Positions 37,839 to 48,264 of a stretch of DNA of 60,497 nt are shown here, one piece after another. Origin of the DNA: Salinivirgaceae bacterium (GTDB taxonomy: Bacteria; Bacteroidota; Bacteroidia; Bacteroidales; SZUA-534); assembly GCA_016342715.1 (NCBI GenBank), contig JAEINW010000005.1, positions 1-60,497 on the forward strand, written 5' to 3'. Within the stretch, counting starts at the first letter, position 1. Each line of letters begins with the position of its first letter. The translations under genes were made by a program, and so were the position numbers. Under the pieces are notes generated by a model. The model did not search any database and had not been told where the DNA came from. It was given only the letters and a program-made list of their open reading frames with translations.

Positions 37839-38456
37839 TTATAATTTAATACCCATAAAGCTCATGAAAGCGAGTCCCATAAGTCCTGTAATAATAAAGG
37901 TTATTCCGAGTCCACGAAGCGGGGCAGGAATGTCTGAGTATCTTATTTTTTCGCGAATAGCTGCAATACCAATAATTGCAATAAAGAATCCAATTCCAGA
38001 TCCAATACCAAATGTAGTAGCTTCTGCTATTGAATTGTAATCGCGCTCTTGCATAAATAATGAACCACCTAAAATAGCACAGTTTACAGCAATTAAGGGA
38101 AGGAAAATGCCCAGCGATGAATAAAGCGCAGGTGCGAATTTTTCAACTACCATTTCAACCAATTGAACCATGGATGCAATTACTGCAATAAACATAATAA
38201 AGCTTAAGAAACTTAAATCAACTGTTTTAAAATCATCGCTTAACCAGGCTAATGCACCTTCGCGTAATACATAATTGTGCAATAAATAATCCACAGGAAC
38301 GGTAATGCCAAGTACAAATACCACGGCAAGTCCTAATCCAACAGAAGTTTTTACTGTTTTTGAAACAGCAAGATACGAGCACATGCCTAGGAAGTAGGCA
38401 AATACCATGTTGTCAATAAATATTGACTTAACAAATATATTTACTAAATTTTCCAT
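37839..38456 (-). CDS. nqrE: Na+-NQR subunit E
   Basis: [25 protein letters not shown]. Confidence 0.96.
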   Translation of the reverse strand: MENLVNIFVKSIFIDNMVFAYFLGMCSYLAVSKTVKTSVGLGLAVVFVLGITVPVDYLLHNYVLREGALAWLSDDFKTVDLSFLSFIMFIAVIASMVQLVEMVVEKFAPALYSSLGIFLPLIAVNCAILGGSLFMQERDYNSIAEATTFGIGSGIGFFIAIIGIAAIREKIRYSDIPAPLRGLGITFIITGLMGLAFMSFMGIKL

Positions 38457-38464
38457 AGACCTTA

Positions 38465-39118
38465 TTATTTATCTTCAATTAAATCTCTATTTCTACTTCT
38501 GTGAATCCAGATAATTACACCCACAGTTATTAAGGCCATTGGTGAAAGTACCATCAGGCCATTGTTCTCATAAAATCCACCATTCTTAATATACCAGGCG
38601 TCAGGAATAACTGAAAATCCGAATAGGGATCCACTTCCAAATAATTCACGAAAAAAGGCAACGATCATAAGAATTAAACCATAACCCGCAGCATTCCCAA
38701 TTCCATCAAGAAATGATGGCCAAGGTTTATTTGCTAAGGCAAAAGCTTCTAAACGACCCATGATAATACAGTTGGTAATAATAAGTCCTACAAATACTGA
38801 AAGTTGCTTACTAACGTCGAAAACAAAAGCTTTTAGAACTTGGTCAACAAGGATTACCAATAAGGCAATAATAACAAGCTGTACAATAATTCTAATACGG
38901 TTTGGTATGGTGTTTCTAAGTAAGGATACAATCACATTTGCTAATGCTAGAACGGCCATAACTGAAAGAGCCATTACAAAAGCAGGTTTCATTTTTACGG
39001 TAACAGCAAGAGCTGAGCAAATACCCAATACTTGAACGGTAATCGGATTTTCTTTGCTAAGCGGATTAAAAATCAGCTTGCGGTTTTTTGGTGAAAACAA
39101 AGGTTCTTTTTCACTCAT
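38465..39118 (-). CDS. nqrD: Na+-NQR subunit D
   Basis: [29 protein letters not shown]. Confidence 0.96.
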   Translation of the reverse strand: MSEKEPLFSPKNRKLIFNPLSKENPITVQVLGICSALAVTVKMKPAFVMALSVMAVLALANVIVSLLRNTIPNRIRIIVQLVIIALLVILVDQVLKAFVFDVSKQLSVFVGLIITNCIIMGRLEAFALANKPWPSFLDGIGNAAGYGLILMIVAFFRELFGSGSLFGFSVIPDAWYIKNGGFYENNGLMVLSPMALITVGVIIWIHRSRNRDLIEDK

Positions 39119-39120
39119 AA

Positions 39121-39843
39121 CTAATTGTTTTGATTTTTTAAGAAATTCTCATAAGTCGCTAGGCAATCGCTGATCATTTTAGTTACTCCATCACTGGTAA
39201 TTGTTCCTCCAGAAATGGCATCTACAGCATGTAAATCGTTTGGTGCAGCCCCACCTTTGGTAACTTTAATGGATACTAATTTGCCCTGTTCGTTGAATAT
39301 TTTCTTTCCAACAAATGGGTTTGAAAACCAGGTCTGATTAATTTCAGCCCCTAAGCCAGGAGTTTCACCCTTATGGTCGAAGTTTGCTCCGTAAATAGTA
39401 TTCATATCATCTTCAAGAGCTATGAATCCCCAAATTGGTCCCCACAGTCCTTTGCCGCGTATGGGTAAAATATATTTTATCGATCCATCATTTTCTTTAC
39501 ATTCAAAAACGGGAAGCTTTTGGTTTTCAACAGCTTTTGCTTGTTCTTTATGTAAATTTACTATAAATGCGTCTCCTTCAATGCGTTCGCCTTTTGAGTT
39601 TACAATATAACTATTGGTTATATATTTTTTGTATTCCGTTTCAACGTAAACTGTTTTATCGGGAGCACTTGCTGCGTCTAAGCCTTTTTTAACAGATAGC
39701 AGAATATTAGATTTTTTTTCAATCTCAATATTTCTATCCTGAAAAGGTTTTAGAACGATTGATGCGCTTGATAAAATAGTTGCAGCAACAATTACCATTA
39801 TGGCTGCATATATAAATGTGTAACTATTTCCCTGTGTATTCAT
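39121..39843 (-). CDS. nqrC: Na+-NQR subunit C
   Basis: [30 protein letters not shown]-binding motif. Confidence 0.96.
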   Translation of the reverse strand: MNTQGNSYTFIYAAIMVIVAATILSSASIVLKPFQDRNIEIEKKSNILLSVKKGLDAASAPDKTVYVETEYKKYITNSYIVNSKGERIEGDAFIVNLHKEQAKAVENQKLPVFECKENDGSIKYILPIRGKGLWGPIWGFIALEDDMNTIYGANFDHKGETPGLGAEINQTWFSNPFVGKKIFNEQGKLVSIKVTKGGAAPNDLHAVDAISGGTITSDGVTKMISDCLATYENFLKNQNN

Positions 39844-39846
39844 ATT

Positions 39847-40995
39847 TTAAGCTTTTACAGATGCGCGTTTAAGTCTTCGTTTAATATTTGCCTGAACCAC
39901 GTAATGATCAATTAGTGGGGCAAATACATTCATAAGTAAAATGGCAAGCATCATACCTTCAGGATAAGCTGGGTTTAGAACTCTGATTAGCACAGCAATA
40001 AATCCAATTAAAAATCCATAAATGTATTTTCCTTTGCTTGTTTGAGCTGCAGAAACCGGATCGGTTGCCATAAAAACAGCACCAAATGCAAAACCACCCA
40101 TTATTAAGTGATAATATCCTGGTAATTGCATAAATGCATTATCGGCAGGAGCAAGGGCATTAAAAATGTAAGCCATAACCAAAGCACCAACCACTGTTGA
40201 AGCCATAATTTTCCAGCTTCCAACCCCAGTGTAAATAAGAATAAATGCACCTATTAATATGGCTATGGTTGAGGTCTCTCCAATGGAGCCGGGTATATTT
40301 CCCATAAACATTTCCATAACGCTGGGAAGGTTTGCTGTATGTCCGGCAGCTGCTTCGGCCAGTGGAGTTGCACCTGAAAAACCATCGGCTTTTTCAGCAA
40401 TCCAAACCGCATCGCCACTCATGTGCGACGGATAGGCAAAGAATAAAAATGCACGAGCTGTTAATGCCGGATTCATAATATTCATTCCTGCGCCTCCAAA
40501 TGCTTCAACACCAATAATTACTGCAAAAGCAGTTGCAACAGCAACCATCCATAAAGGAACACCAACCGGAACGATAAGTGGAATAAGCATTCCTGTTACA
40601 AAGAATCCTTCTTTTACTTCATGTCCACGCATTTGGGCAATAATAATTTCAATACCCAGCCCAACACCATAGGATACCACAATAATTGGAAGAATTTTTA
40701 GGAATCCGTACCAAAAGGCAGTCATTATATCAACAGACTCACCCAAGGATAAAAAATGTTGAACACCTGTATTCCACATGCCAAAAAGCAAGGCAGGAAT
40801 CATGGCAATAACAACAATCATCATTAATCGTTTGGAGTCTTTGCTGTCACGAATGTGAACGCCTGATTTTGTGGTTGTGTTCGGAACAAAAAACAAGGTT
40901 TCAATGGCATCAAACATTGAACGAAACGCTTGCAATTTTCCACCTTTTTCAAAACTAGGCTTTATCTTGTCAAATTGTTTTCTTATTAATTTCAT
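39847..40995 (-). CDS. nqrB: Na+-NQR subunit B
   Basis: DGFSGATPL FMN motif, GSIGETS, FMATDPVS, YPEGMMLAIL. Confidence 0.96.
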   Translation of the reverse strand: MKLIRKQFDKIKPSFEKGGKLQAFRSMFDAIETLFFVPNTTTKSGVHIRDSKDSKRLMMIVVIAMIPALLFGMWNTGVQHFLSLGESVDIMTAFWYGFLKILPIIVVSYGVGLGIEIIIAQMRGHEVKEGFFVTGMLIPLIVPVGVPLWMVAVATAFAVIIGVEAFGGAGMNIMNPALTARAFLFFAYPSHMSGDAVWIAEKADGFSGATPLAEAAAGHTANLPSVMEMFMGNIPGSIGETSTIAILIGAFILIYTGVGSWKIMASTVVGALVMAYIFNALAPADNAFMQLPGYYHLIMGGFAFGAVFMATDPVSAAQTSKGKYIYGFLIGFIAVLIRVLNPAYPEGMMLAILLMNVFAPLIDHYVVQANIKRRLKRASVKA

Positions 40996-41001
40996 AGTTA
41001 T

Positions 41002-42360
41002 CTAGCTTGTTTCTTTAATCATTAAATCAAAGCCTTTTCTCAATGTCTCTTGAACCGGAATTTTTGAAGTACACACAAATTCGCAAAGTGCGAAATCGTC
41101 CTCGCCTACTTCGTAAATTCCCAATGCTTCCATTTGGTCAATGTCTTCAATCATTACCGATTTTAACAAGTGAACCGGGAGTATATCCATAGGTAATACT
41201 TTATCATATTCCTCAGTGAAAACAAATGGACGTTTCCCTCCGTGAAGGTTTGCGTTCATTTTGAATTCTTTTCCTGGCATGAGCCATGAGAAAAATGATC
41301 GTGAAACACTGAATTTTTTAAGTCCCGGTAAAATCCATCCTAAAAATTCATAATCATCACCTTCAGGAATAACGCTTACCTGATTGTGATAAAAGCCTAA
41401 GAAACCATCACTTACAATTTGGATTCCGCTAAGCACATTACCACTTATGTAGCGCAAGTTTTCAGAAGAATTTATATTGTCTCTCAACATATACTCAATG
41501 CTCACCCCAACTTTTGCTTTGTAATATTGGGGTTTTTTAATCTCTGATCCCGTTAAAGCAATAATTTTCGAGGCATCAAAAATACCATGATTGAATAGTC
41601 GTCCAATAATTAAAATATCCTGAGGATTAATGTGCCAAACAATTTCTCCTTTGTTTATTGGATCGATGTGATGAATTTGAATGCCTACATTTCCTGCCGG
41701 ATGTGGGCCGGTAATTGTATTTAACTCAACGCCCTTAATGGCTGAAAAAACTTTGTTGGTTCGATAGGCTCCATTAACTGTTAAGTGAATAGGTCCTTCG
41801 GTCAATTTCTTCAAAGCATCAATCCCTGTTTGAAAATCTTTTTCCTGTCCATTTAAAATGAAGTCGTAATCGGGAGCCAGTGGTGAGCTATCAAAAGCTG
41901 AAACAAAAATAGCCTTTGGCATATCTTCTGGATTTGCAATTACATCGTAGGGACGTTGGCGAATAAATGGCCAAATACCCGATTCGAGTAATAGTTCAAT
42001 TACTTTTTCACGCGATAATTCATTTAAATTACCCGTTTCAAACTTTAGGTATTGCTGATTTGCTTCAGGTTCAATAACAAACTCTAAAATTTTCCGGCGC
42101 TCACCTCTAATAATACTTTTTAATGTACCACTCACAGGTGACGAAAGCTTAATCGAAGGTTTATTCTTATTGAAAAAAATTGCCTCACCGGCTTTTACTT
42201 TATCTCCTTCTTTAAAAAGAGATTTTGGCGTAAACGACGGAAAATCCGTTGGTCGGAGTGCAAATAAACTGCCTTCGTACTGGCTTTTGTTTAAAAACTT
42301 TTCGGCTTTCCCCTTTATAGGAATGTTTAGCCCCTTTCTAATTTTTATTTTATGCGGCAT
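41002..42360 (-). CDS. nqrA: Na+-NQR subunit A
   Basis: IRKGLNIPIKG, SPVSG, GPHPAGNVG, ALCEFVCTSK; TATCTTTG promoter near 42390-42397. Confidence 0.96.
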   Translation of the reverse strand: MPHKIKIRKGLNIPIKGKAEKFLNKSQYEGSLFALRPTDFPSFTPKSLFKEGDKVKAGEAIFFNKNKPSIKLSSPVSGTLKSIIRGERRKILEFVIEPEANQQYLKFETGNLNELSREKVIELLLESGIWPFIRQRPYDVIANPEDMPKAIFVSAFDSSPLAPDYDFILNGQEKDFQTGIDALKKLTEGPIHLTVNGAYRTNKVFSAIKGVELNTITGPHPAGNVGIQIHHIDPINKGEIVWHINPQDILIIGRLFNHGIFDASKIIALTGSEIKKPQYYKAKVGVSIEYMLRDNINSSENLRYISGNVLSGIQIVSDGFLGFYHNQVSVIPEGDDYEFLGWILPGLKKFSVSRSFFSWLMPGKEFKMNANLHGGKRPFVFTEEYDKVLPMDILPVHLLKSVMIEDIDQMEALGIYEVGEDDFALCEFVCTSKIPVQETLRKGFDLMIKETS

Positions 42361-42700
42361 ATTGCGATTATATGTTTAATAAAATCGATACAAAGATAAT
42401 TAATTTACTAGTTTATGAAATGGTAAAAGGTGGTCATAAGTCAATATTTGTATATGACATGTGTCAAGTTTTGTGTTGTTATGATTGCTTGAAGTGTTTG
42501 TTTGAATGTTCATTTACTTGTAAATTATTGATAATTATTTAGCTATGTAATTTGTATATGTTCAAGTGTTATTTTTGTCATCAATATTAATGTACAATAG
42601 CAAGTGCTATATTGTTTATTCAAATGTTGTAAAAATCGTTTTAAGCGAATTCAAAACTAAAAGCGGAATCTTGAATTCCACAATGTGGGTTCATATTATT

Positions 42701-42826
42701 ACTCTCCCGAGATTCTCGGGATCGTGAGAATAGTTCGCTTTGCTCATGATAAAAGTTCCACGCAGCTTGCTGCGAGAAAATAAAAGTTCTACTATTTTGA
42801 TACCTCGTCTGCTTGCAGCGAGGTAG
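42701..42826. repeat. Cluster of REP-like GC-rich palindromes
   Basis: TCCCGAGATTCTCGGGA (42705-42721), CGCAGCTTGCTGCG (42761-42774), TACCTCGtCTGC-TT-GCAGCGAGGTA (42801-42825). Confidence 0.55.
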
Positions 42827-42931
42827 TTCTTTTTTTTCATTCTGAATTAAAAATATATTACTTATCATTTGAAGATGGTTTTATATATTGCACAATATTT
42901 GTTAATTAAAATCGATAAAAAACTATTACAA

Positions 42932-44233
42932 ATGACCGGGGTAAAATACAAATTATTGATGATTCTTTTAAGTTGTTTTATATTTCAATTTAACCAGTAT
43001 TTATATAGTCAAGGAGTTGATGTAAATTCGAAATATGAAACAAGTATATCAACAACTCATATAAAAACATTGCGTGCATATGTTCAAGGTAATGAGTTAT
43101 CTTATCCTGCCATTGAATTAAATAGCAAGCAAAAAATTCAAATTGAATTCGATGATCTGTCACTTGATTCAAAGGATTACTATTACCAAATAATCCATTG
43201 CAATAACGATTGGACCAGCTCTGAACTTTTTTCCGATGAGTTTATGGATGGATTTAATGAAAATAGTGTAAATAATTATGAATTCTCAATAAATACAACA
43301 GTTCCTTATATTCATTATAATGTTGTTTTACCCAATAATGATGTTGAATTTCTTGTATCGGGGAATTACGTATTTAGAGTAATTGAAGGAGAAAATCGCG
43401 ACAGCACAATTCTTACTGCTCGATTTTCAATATATGAACCCATAGTTAATATTCAAACTGAAATAATTCGTCCTTTAGGAAGTGAATTTCAGAACACTGG
43501 GCAAGAAATTAGGCTAAAAATAAACCATGCTGAACTTTCAATTAGTCATCCCTTTAATGACGTAAAAGTTTACATTTCTCAAAATAATCGACCTGATAGA
43601 GTTTTGAAAGACATTAAACCAGTTTTTGTACAAAACGATGAATTGGTTTATAATTTTTCAGGTGAAAATACTTTTTTGTCGGGGAATGAATTTAGAATTA
43701 TTGACTTTAATAACCAGCATAAATTGGGTTTAAATATTAACGATGTGCAATTTTACGATTCAATTTATCATGTGCAAGTTCGCTTAGATGAAAGGAGAAG
43801 CTCAAAACGCTATTTGTTTTTTGAGGATATGAATGGCAAATACATTATAAATGTTGAAGATGGCTATGACCCACAAATTTTTGGCGACTACGCTAATGTT
43901 TATTTTTCAGTTCCAATGGAGGAGCCTTTTTTTGACGGAGCTGTATACATTTATGGAGCACTAAATAATTGGAAATGTAATTATGACAGCAGAATGGAGT
44001 ATAATTTTGATAAAAAAATGTATGAAGGTAAACTGCTTTTAAAACAAGGATACTATAATTACACCTATGCTTTTGTTAATAATTATGACTTTACTATTGA
44101 TGAAAGTGTTCTTGAAGGAAGCCATTATCAAACCGAAAACGATTATGTTATTTATGTGTACCATCGTGATTTTGCTCAAAAGTTTGATCGTTTGGTTGGA
44201 TACAAAGTAGTAAATTCCCTGCATGCTGAATAA
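42932..44233 (+). CDS. DUF5103 / T9SS plug-like protein
   Basis: IEFDDL, YQIIHCNNDW, SGNY, GNEFR, LLKQGYYNY, EGSHYQTENDY motifs; ATG at 42932 preferred. Confidence 0.8.
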   Translation: MTGVKYKLLMILLSCFIFQFNQYLYSQGVDVNSKYETSISTTHIKTLRAYVQGNELSYPAIELNSKQKIQIEFDDLSLDSKDYYYQIIHCNNDWTSSELFSDEFMDGFNENSVNNYEFSINTTVPYIHYNVVLPNNDVEFLVSGNYVFRVIEGENRDSTILTARFSIYEPIVNIQTEIIRPLGSEFQNTGQEIRLKINHAELSISHPFNDVKVYISQNNRPDRVLKDIKPVFVQNDELVYNFSGENTFLSGNEFRIIDFNNQHKLGLNINDVQFYDSIYHVQVRLDERRSSKRYLFFEDMNGKYIINVEDGYDPQIFGDYANVYFSVPMEEPFFDGAVYIYGALNNWKCNYDSRMEYNFDKKMYEGKLLLKQGYYNYTYAFVNNYDFTIDESVLEGSHYQTENDYVIYVYHRDFAQKFDRLVGYKVVNSLHAE

Positions 44234-44271
44234 TTCCTTTTTGTTTCAATTAGTATTTATACCTTTGTAGC

Positions 44272-44438
44272 TCTTGGTGGAATTCCTTTTTATATGGGAA
44301 TCCTTAATATGGGAATCCGGTTAAAATCCGGAGCTGTACCCGCAGCTGTAAGCCTTTAAATGCTTATTATTAAAGCCACTTTCTAAATAATTAGGAGGGA
44401 AGGTAAAATAAGTAAGGTGAGCCAGAAGACCTGCCATA
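44272..44438 (+). promoter_or_regulatory. Cobalamin riboswitch (btuFCD leader)
   Basis: GGGAATCCGGT-AAATCCGG, CCCGCAGCTGTAAG, GCCACT...GGGAAGG, B12 box GAGCCAGAAGACCTGCC; TACCTTTG promoter at 44260. Confidence 0.93.
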
Positions 44439-44526
44439 AAACTTAATTATTACAAACTTCGGGATAAAGTTTGGGAAGACATTCCTTTCCTTTTTACCGC
44501 CAAATCAGAACAAAAAAATTGTGATT

Positions 44527-45387
44527 ATGACACAAAAACTTAAAATTGACTTGAGTAGAGTTTTGTTTTTCTTGATTTTGCCCGCATTGTTTTTTACTTC
44601 GTGCAAGAATATAAAAACAGAATCAAAAACAGAATTTTCAGGCTTGCGAATAATTTCATTAGCTCCATCAATTACTAAAGAATTAATTTATTTGGGTGTT
44701 GAGGAAAATATTGTTGGGGCTACTAATTATTGCGATATTTCAAAAGACTCACCAGATCTTGTAGTAGGATCGGCCATTGATATTAATATTGAGAAAATAC
44801 TTTTATTAAAACCCGATGTGGTGTTTGCAAGTACTTTAACCAAACCATCAAATATTGAGACCTTAAAGGAAAATGGCTTGCAGGTTTATCAATTGGGCAA
44901 AATGAGTTCCTTTAAAAATATTTGTGATGAATTTTTGGCCATTGGGAAGTTGGTTGAAAAGGAGAAAGTAGCCATATCGATAATTAAAAAAGCGAATCAA
45001 ACCATTGATAGTTTAAAATTAAGTATTCAGCACAGAGATAAACAATCGGTATTCTTTCAGATTGGTGCAAAGCCTTTATTTGCAGTAATTCCTAACACTT
45101 ATATGGAAGATTTGATTATTTATGCCAATTGTGAAAATATTTTATTTGATTTGGAACATGGAACTGTAACTCGTGAAAGTGTTTTGAAAAGAAATCCGGA
45201 TGTTATTTTTGTTGCAACTATGGGAATTGTTGGTGAAGAAGAAAAGAATATTTGGGAAAGCTATGGTGATATTAATGCTGCTAGAAATAACAAGGTATTT
45301 ATTATCGATTCTAATACTGCTTGCACTCCATCGGTTATTGCATTTACCGAAACATTAACCCAAATGGTTCATTATATTTATAATTAA
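44527..45387 (+). CDS. btuF: Cobalamin ABC transporter substrate-binding lipoprotein
   Basis: Lipobox FTSC; RIISLAPSIT, NIEKILLLKPD, AARNNKV; downstream of B12 riboswitch. Confidence 0.85.
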   Translation: MTQKLKIDLSRVLFFLILPALFFTSCKNIKTESKTEFSGLRIISLAPSITKELIYLGVEENIVGATNYCDISKDSPDLVVGSAIDINIEKILLLKPDVVFASTLTKPSNIETLKENGLQVYQLGKMSSFKNICDEFLAIGKLVEKEKVAISIIKKANQTIDSLKLSIQHRDKQSVFFQIGAKPLFAVIPNTYMEDLIIYANCENILFDLEHGTVTRESVLKRNPDVIFVATMGIVGEEEKNIWESYGDINAARNNKVFIIDSNTACTPSVIAFTETLTQMVHYIYN

Positions 45388-45548
45388 AGGAGAATAATTG
45401 AATATTAAAAACAGATGAAACCTTCATGCACCATTTGTTTATAAAAGGAGATAAATTAATCATGGAGTTGCACGAATTTGAAATAGGAAAGTAAAATTTT
45501 GTATTATTATTTTTTTGAAAAACAAACATATAACTAATTTGCATTTTA

Positions 45549-46550
45549 GTGAAAGGAAAATATTTTAAATGGGTTTATTACATTATAATACTTTTTGTAT
45601 TATTAATTCTTAGTGCCTGGATATCGGTGTCGTTTGGCGAAATTGATTTTTCGCTTATTGAATTGTTTCAAATTATGAAAAGCAAAACTGGCATTGAATA
45701 CACCATTTTAAACAATATTCGAATTCCCAGAATTCTTTTGGGACTAGCCGTAGGGGGAGCTTTAAGCCTTTCGGGAGTTATTTTGCAAGGGATTTACCGA
45801 AATCCTTTGGTAGAGCCTTATACTATGGGGATATCAGGTGGAGCAGCTTTGGGAGTTGCATTGGCAATTGTTTTTCAATTGTCATCGGTTTTCGGAAGCT
45901 TTTTTTTACCTGTTTCAGGTTTTATTGGTGCAGCCATTACCATTTTTCTGGTTTACTTTTTATCCATACGGAACAATCATTTAAACATTAATAAAATGCT
46001 ATTGATTGGTGTTATGGTAAGTTTTATTGCATCATCGGCAGTAATGTTTTTAATGTCAACTACTAGCACCGAGAATGTGCATAGTATTGTATTTTGGATA
46101 ATGGGATCGCTCGACACAAGCAATCAATTTTTAATTCGAATTGTCACCATATCATCTATATCAGGTTTAGTATTGACATATTTATTTGCTAATCAATTAA
46201 ACGCATTGCGTTTGGGTGAATCAAAGGCTAAACATTTAGGTGTAAATACTAATTTAACCATTCGGGTTTTATTTATTGTGGCATCGTTGCTTACAGGTAT
46301 TAGTGTTTCGGTTGTTGGTGTTATTGGCTTTGTGGGTTTAATAGTGCCTCATATGCTACGAATGGTTTTTGGTACCGACTATAGAATATTGCTAATTACA
46401 TCGTTCTTGGGAGGGGGAATCTTCATCATTTTATGCGATTTGGTCTCACGAACAATTATTTCGCCCAACGAATTGCCAATTGGTGTAATAACAGGAATGA
46501 TAGGTGGAGTAATCTTTATTTTTGCGCTTAGTAAATCAAAAATTAATTAA
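45549..46550 (+). CDS. btuC: Cobalamin ABC transporter permease (FecCD family)
   Basis: IRIPRI, QGIYRNPLVEP, IGFVGLIVPH, ELPIGVIT. Confidence 0.87.
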   Translation: MKGKYFKWVYYIIILFVLLILSAWISVSFGEIDFSLIELFQIMKSKTGIEYTILNNIRIPRILLGLAVGGALSLSGVILQGIYRNPLVEPYTMGISGGAALGVALAIVFQLSSVFGSFFLPVSGFIGAAITIFLVYFLSIRNNHLNINKMLLIGVMVSFIASSAVMFLMSTTSTENVHSIVFWIMGSLDTSNQFLIRIVTISSISGLVLTYLFANQLNALRLGESKAKHLGVNTNLTIRVLFIVASLLTGISVSVVGVIGFVGLIVPHMLRMVFGTDYRILLITSFLGGGIFIILCDLVSRTIISPNELPIGVITGMIGGVIFIFALSKSKIN

Positions 46551-46561
46551 AGAAAATTGAA

Positions 46562-47359
46562 ATGTTAGTTGTATCTGATTTAAGAAGTGGTTATGCCAAT
46601 AAATTTCATTTAAAAGAGATATCGCTTAAAGTGGATAAGGGTTCTCTTACAGGAATTGTGGGACCCAATGGATCGGGGAAAACAACTTTGTTCATGACTC
46701 TTACTGGCGAATTGGGTATCCAAAATGGAAAAGTGATAATCGATGGCAAAGATATTTCAGCTTTATCACCCAGAGAAAAAGCACATAAAATTGCTATTGT
46801 AACTCAAAATACTGAGGTTTTTGATATTTCGGTTGAGGATTATGTATTGATGGGAAGGCTACCCTATAAAAAACCATTTCAGCTTTTTGAAAAAGCCAAA
46901 GATTTTGCTTTGGCCAACAAATTCATGAAGCTTACCGGAGTTTTTGAGTACAAAAAAAAGCTAATGACAGAACTAAGTGGAGGCGAACAACAATTGGCTG
47001 CCATTGCTCGTGCCCTTTGTCAGGAACCTGAGTTGTTATTGCTTGATGAACCCACATCTCACCTTGATATTGCTCATCAACTGAGTGTGTTAAATTTAAT
47101 TCAAAAGCTAAATGCCGATTTGGGACTTACCGTATTAATGATTATTCACGATTTAAATTTGGCTAGTGAATATTGCGATCACATTGCAATGATGCATAAA
47201 GGATCTATCCATACCAAAGGTATACCAGAAGATGTTTTGAATTACAAAAACATTGAGTTTGTTTATGATACGGTTGTAATTACACAAACTAACCCATTGT
47301 CGAAAAAGCCAGCAATTTTTTTAGTTTCTGATAAGGTTTTAGCACAGAATAAAAAGTAG
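46562..47359 (+). CDS. btuD: Cobalamin ABC transporter ATPase
   Basis: GPNGSGKT, LSGGEQQ, LLLDEPT, HDLNLA. Confidence 0.87.
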   Translation: MLVVSDLRSGYANKFHLKEISLKVDKGSLTGIVGPNGSGKTTLFMTLTGELGIQNGKVIIDGKDISALSPREKAHKIAIVTQNTEVFDISVEDYVLMGRLPYKKPFQLFEKAKDFALANKFMKLTGVFEYKKKLMTELSGGEQQLAAIARALCQEPELLLLDEPTSHLDIAHQLSVLNLIQKLNADLGLTVLMIIHDLNLASEYCDHIAMMHKGSIHTKGIPEDVLNYKNIEFVYDTVVITQTNPLSKKPAIFLVSDKVLAQNKK

Positions 47360-47480
47360 GAAATACAATTTATAATAAAAATAGTTATCTGTAAAATATG
47401 GATTATATTGAAAAGTTGTGGAGCAAGCTAAAAATTTTGAAAAGGTCAGTCATAAATGATATAGTTTAGAATTTAAACAA

Positions 47481-47890
47481 CCTCGCTGCGAGCATCGGGG
47501 AAAAAGACACCCTCTGTTATTTCAAATATCCATTTGATGCTTTTTATTATCATTTGTTTCGATTTTGCAATGTATATAGTTTGGTAACTTTAAAAGCGAA
47601 GCAGGCGCTTCGCTATCCAGAGGAACTCACAGCGCCTGCTGTGAGAATAAATTCCAATATTTTGTAGCTCTCAACTCCCTCCCTAATTTTAGGGAGGGCT
47701 GGGGAGGGTAAAAAAATACTTTAATTAATTTTTAAAGAAGCAAAGTAGATTTAATTCAAATGATTATTTATCTGTAATGGCTGAAAGCCATAAATAATAT
47801 AGCTTAGGGCAACGCCCTAAGTTATTTGTAGTTAATAACAAGCGATGCAAGCATAAAATCTATTTTTATGAAATTATCTACATGCATCGC
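47481..47890. repeat. Intergenic accumulation of several REP-like palindrome families
   Basis: Hairpins at 47481-47500, 47595-47614, 47626-47645, 47675-47709, 47777-47791, 47803-47821, 47842-47890. Confidence 0.6.
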
Positions 47891-48046
47891 AACAATTTAA
47901 TATTAAATATTTAGGTGATGTTTTTATTTAAACCCACAACTTTTCAAATTGATCCTAAAATATTGGTATTTAGAGCATGTTGCTATTTTAAATAATTATT
48001 TAGTAAAGTAAATAATGCTATAAAAAAAGTAGTACATTTGTCAAGA

Positions 48047-48232
48047 ATTTGGTGTTCCGCTTTCGATTTATCGAAATGGAATGAAAAGGGAATCCGGTTA
48101 AAATCCGGAGCTGTACCCGCAGCTGTAAGCCTTAACAACTTAATTGTTGAGCTTTCTTAATCCTCGCCACTGACCCGAGTAATCGGGACGGGAAGGCTAA
48201 AGAAAGTAAGGTGAGCCAGAAGACCTGCCAGA
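48047..48232 (+). promoter_or_regulatory. Cobalamin riboswitch (btuB-btuG leader)
   Basis: TGAAAAGGGAATCCGGT, CCCGCAGCTGTAAG, GCCACTG...GGGAAGGC, GAGCCAGAAGACCTGCC; TACATTTG promoter at 48033. Confidence 0.95.
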
Positions 48233-48264
48233 TATAATTTGTTCGGGAACAAACATTATGGAAA

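Noticed and set aside
42641-42868. 75-aa minus-strand ORF
   Set aside because: Made of REP-like palindromes; not protein-like
45402-45494. Short open frame between btuF and btuC (ILKTDETFMHHLFIKGDKLIMELHEFEIGK)
   Set aside because: Possibly a gene remnant, but it has no clear start and I cannot assign a family
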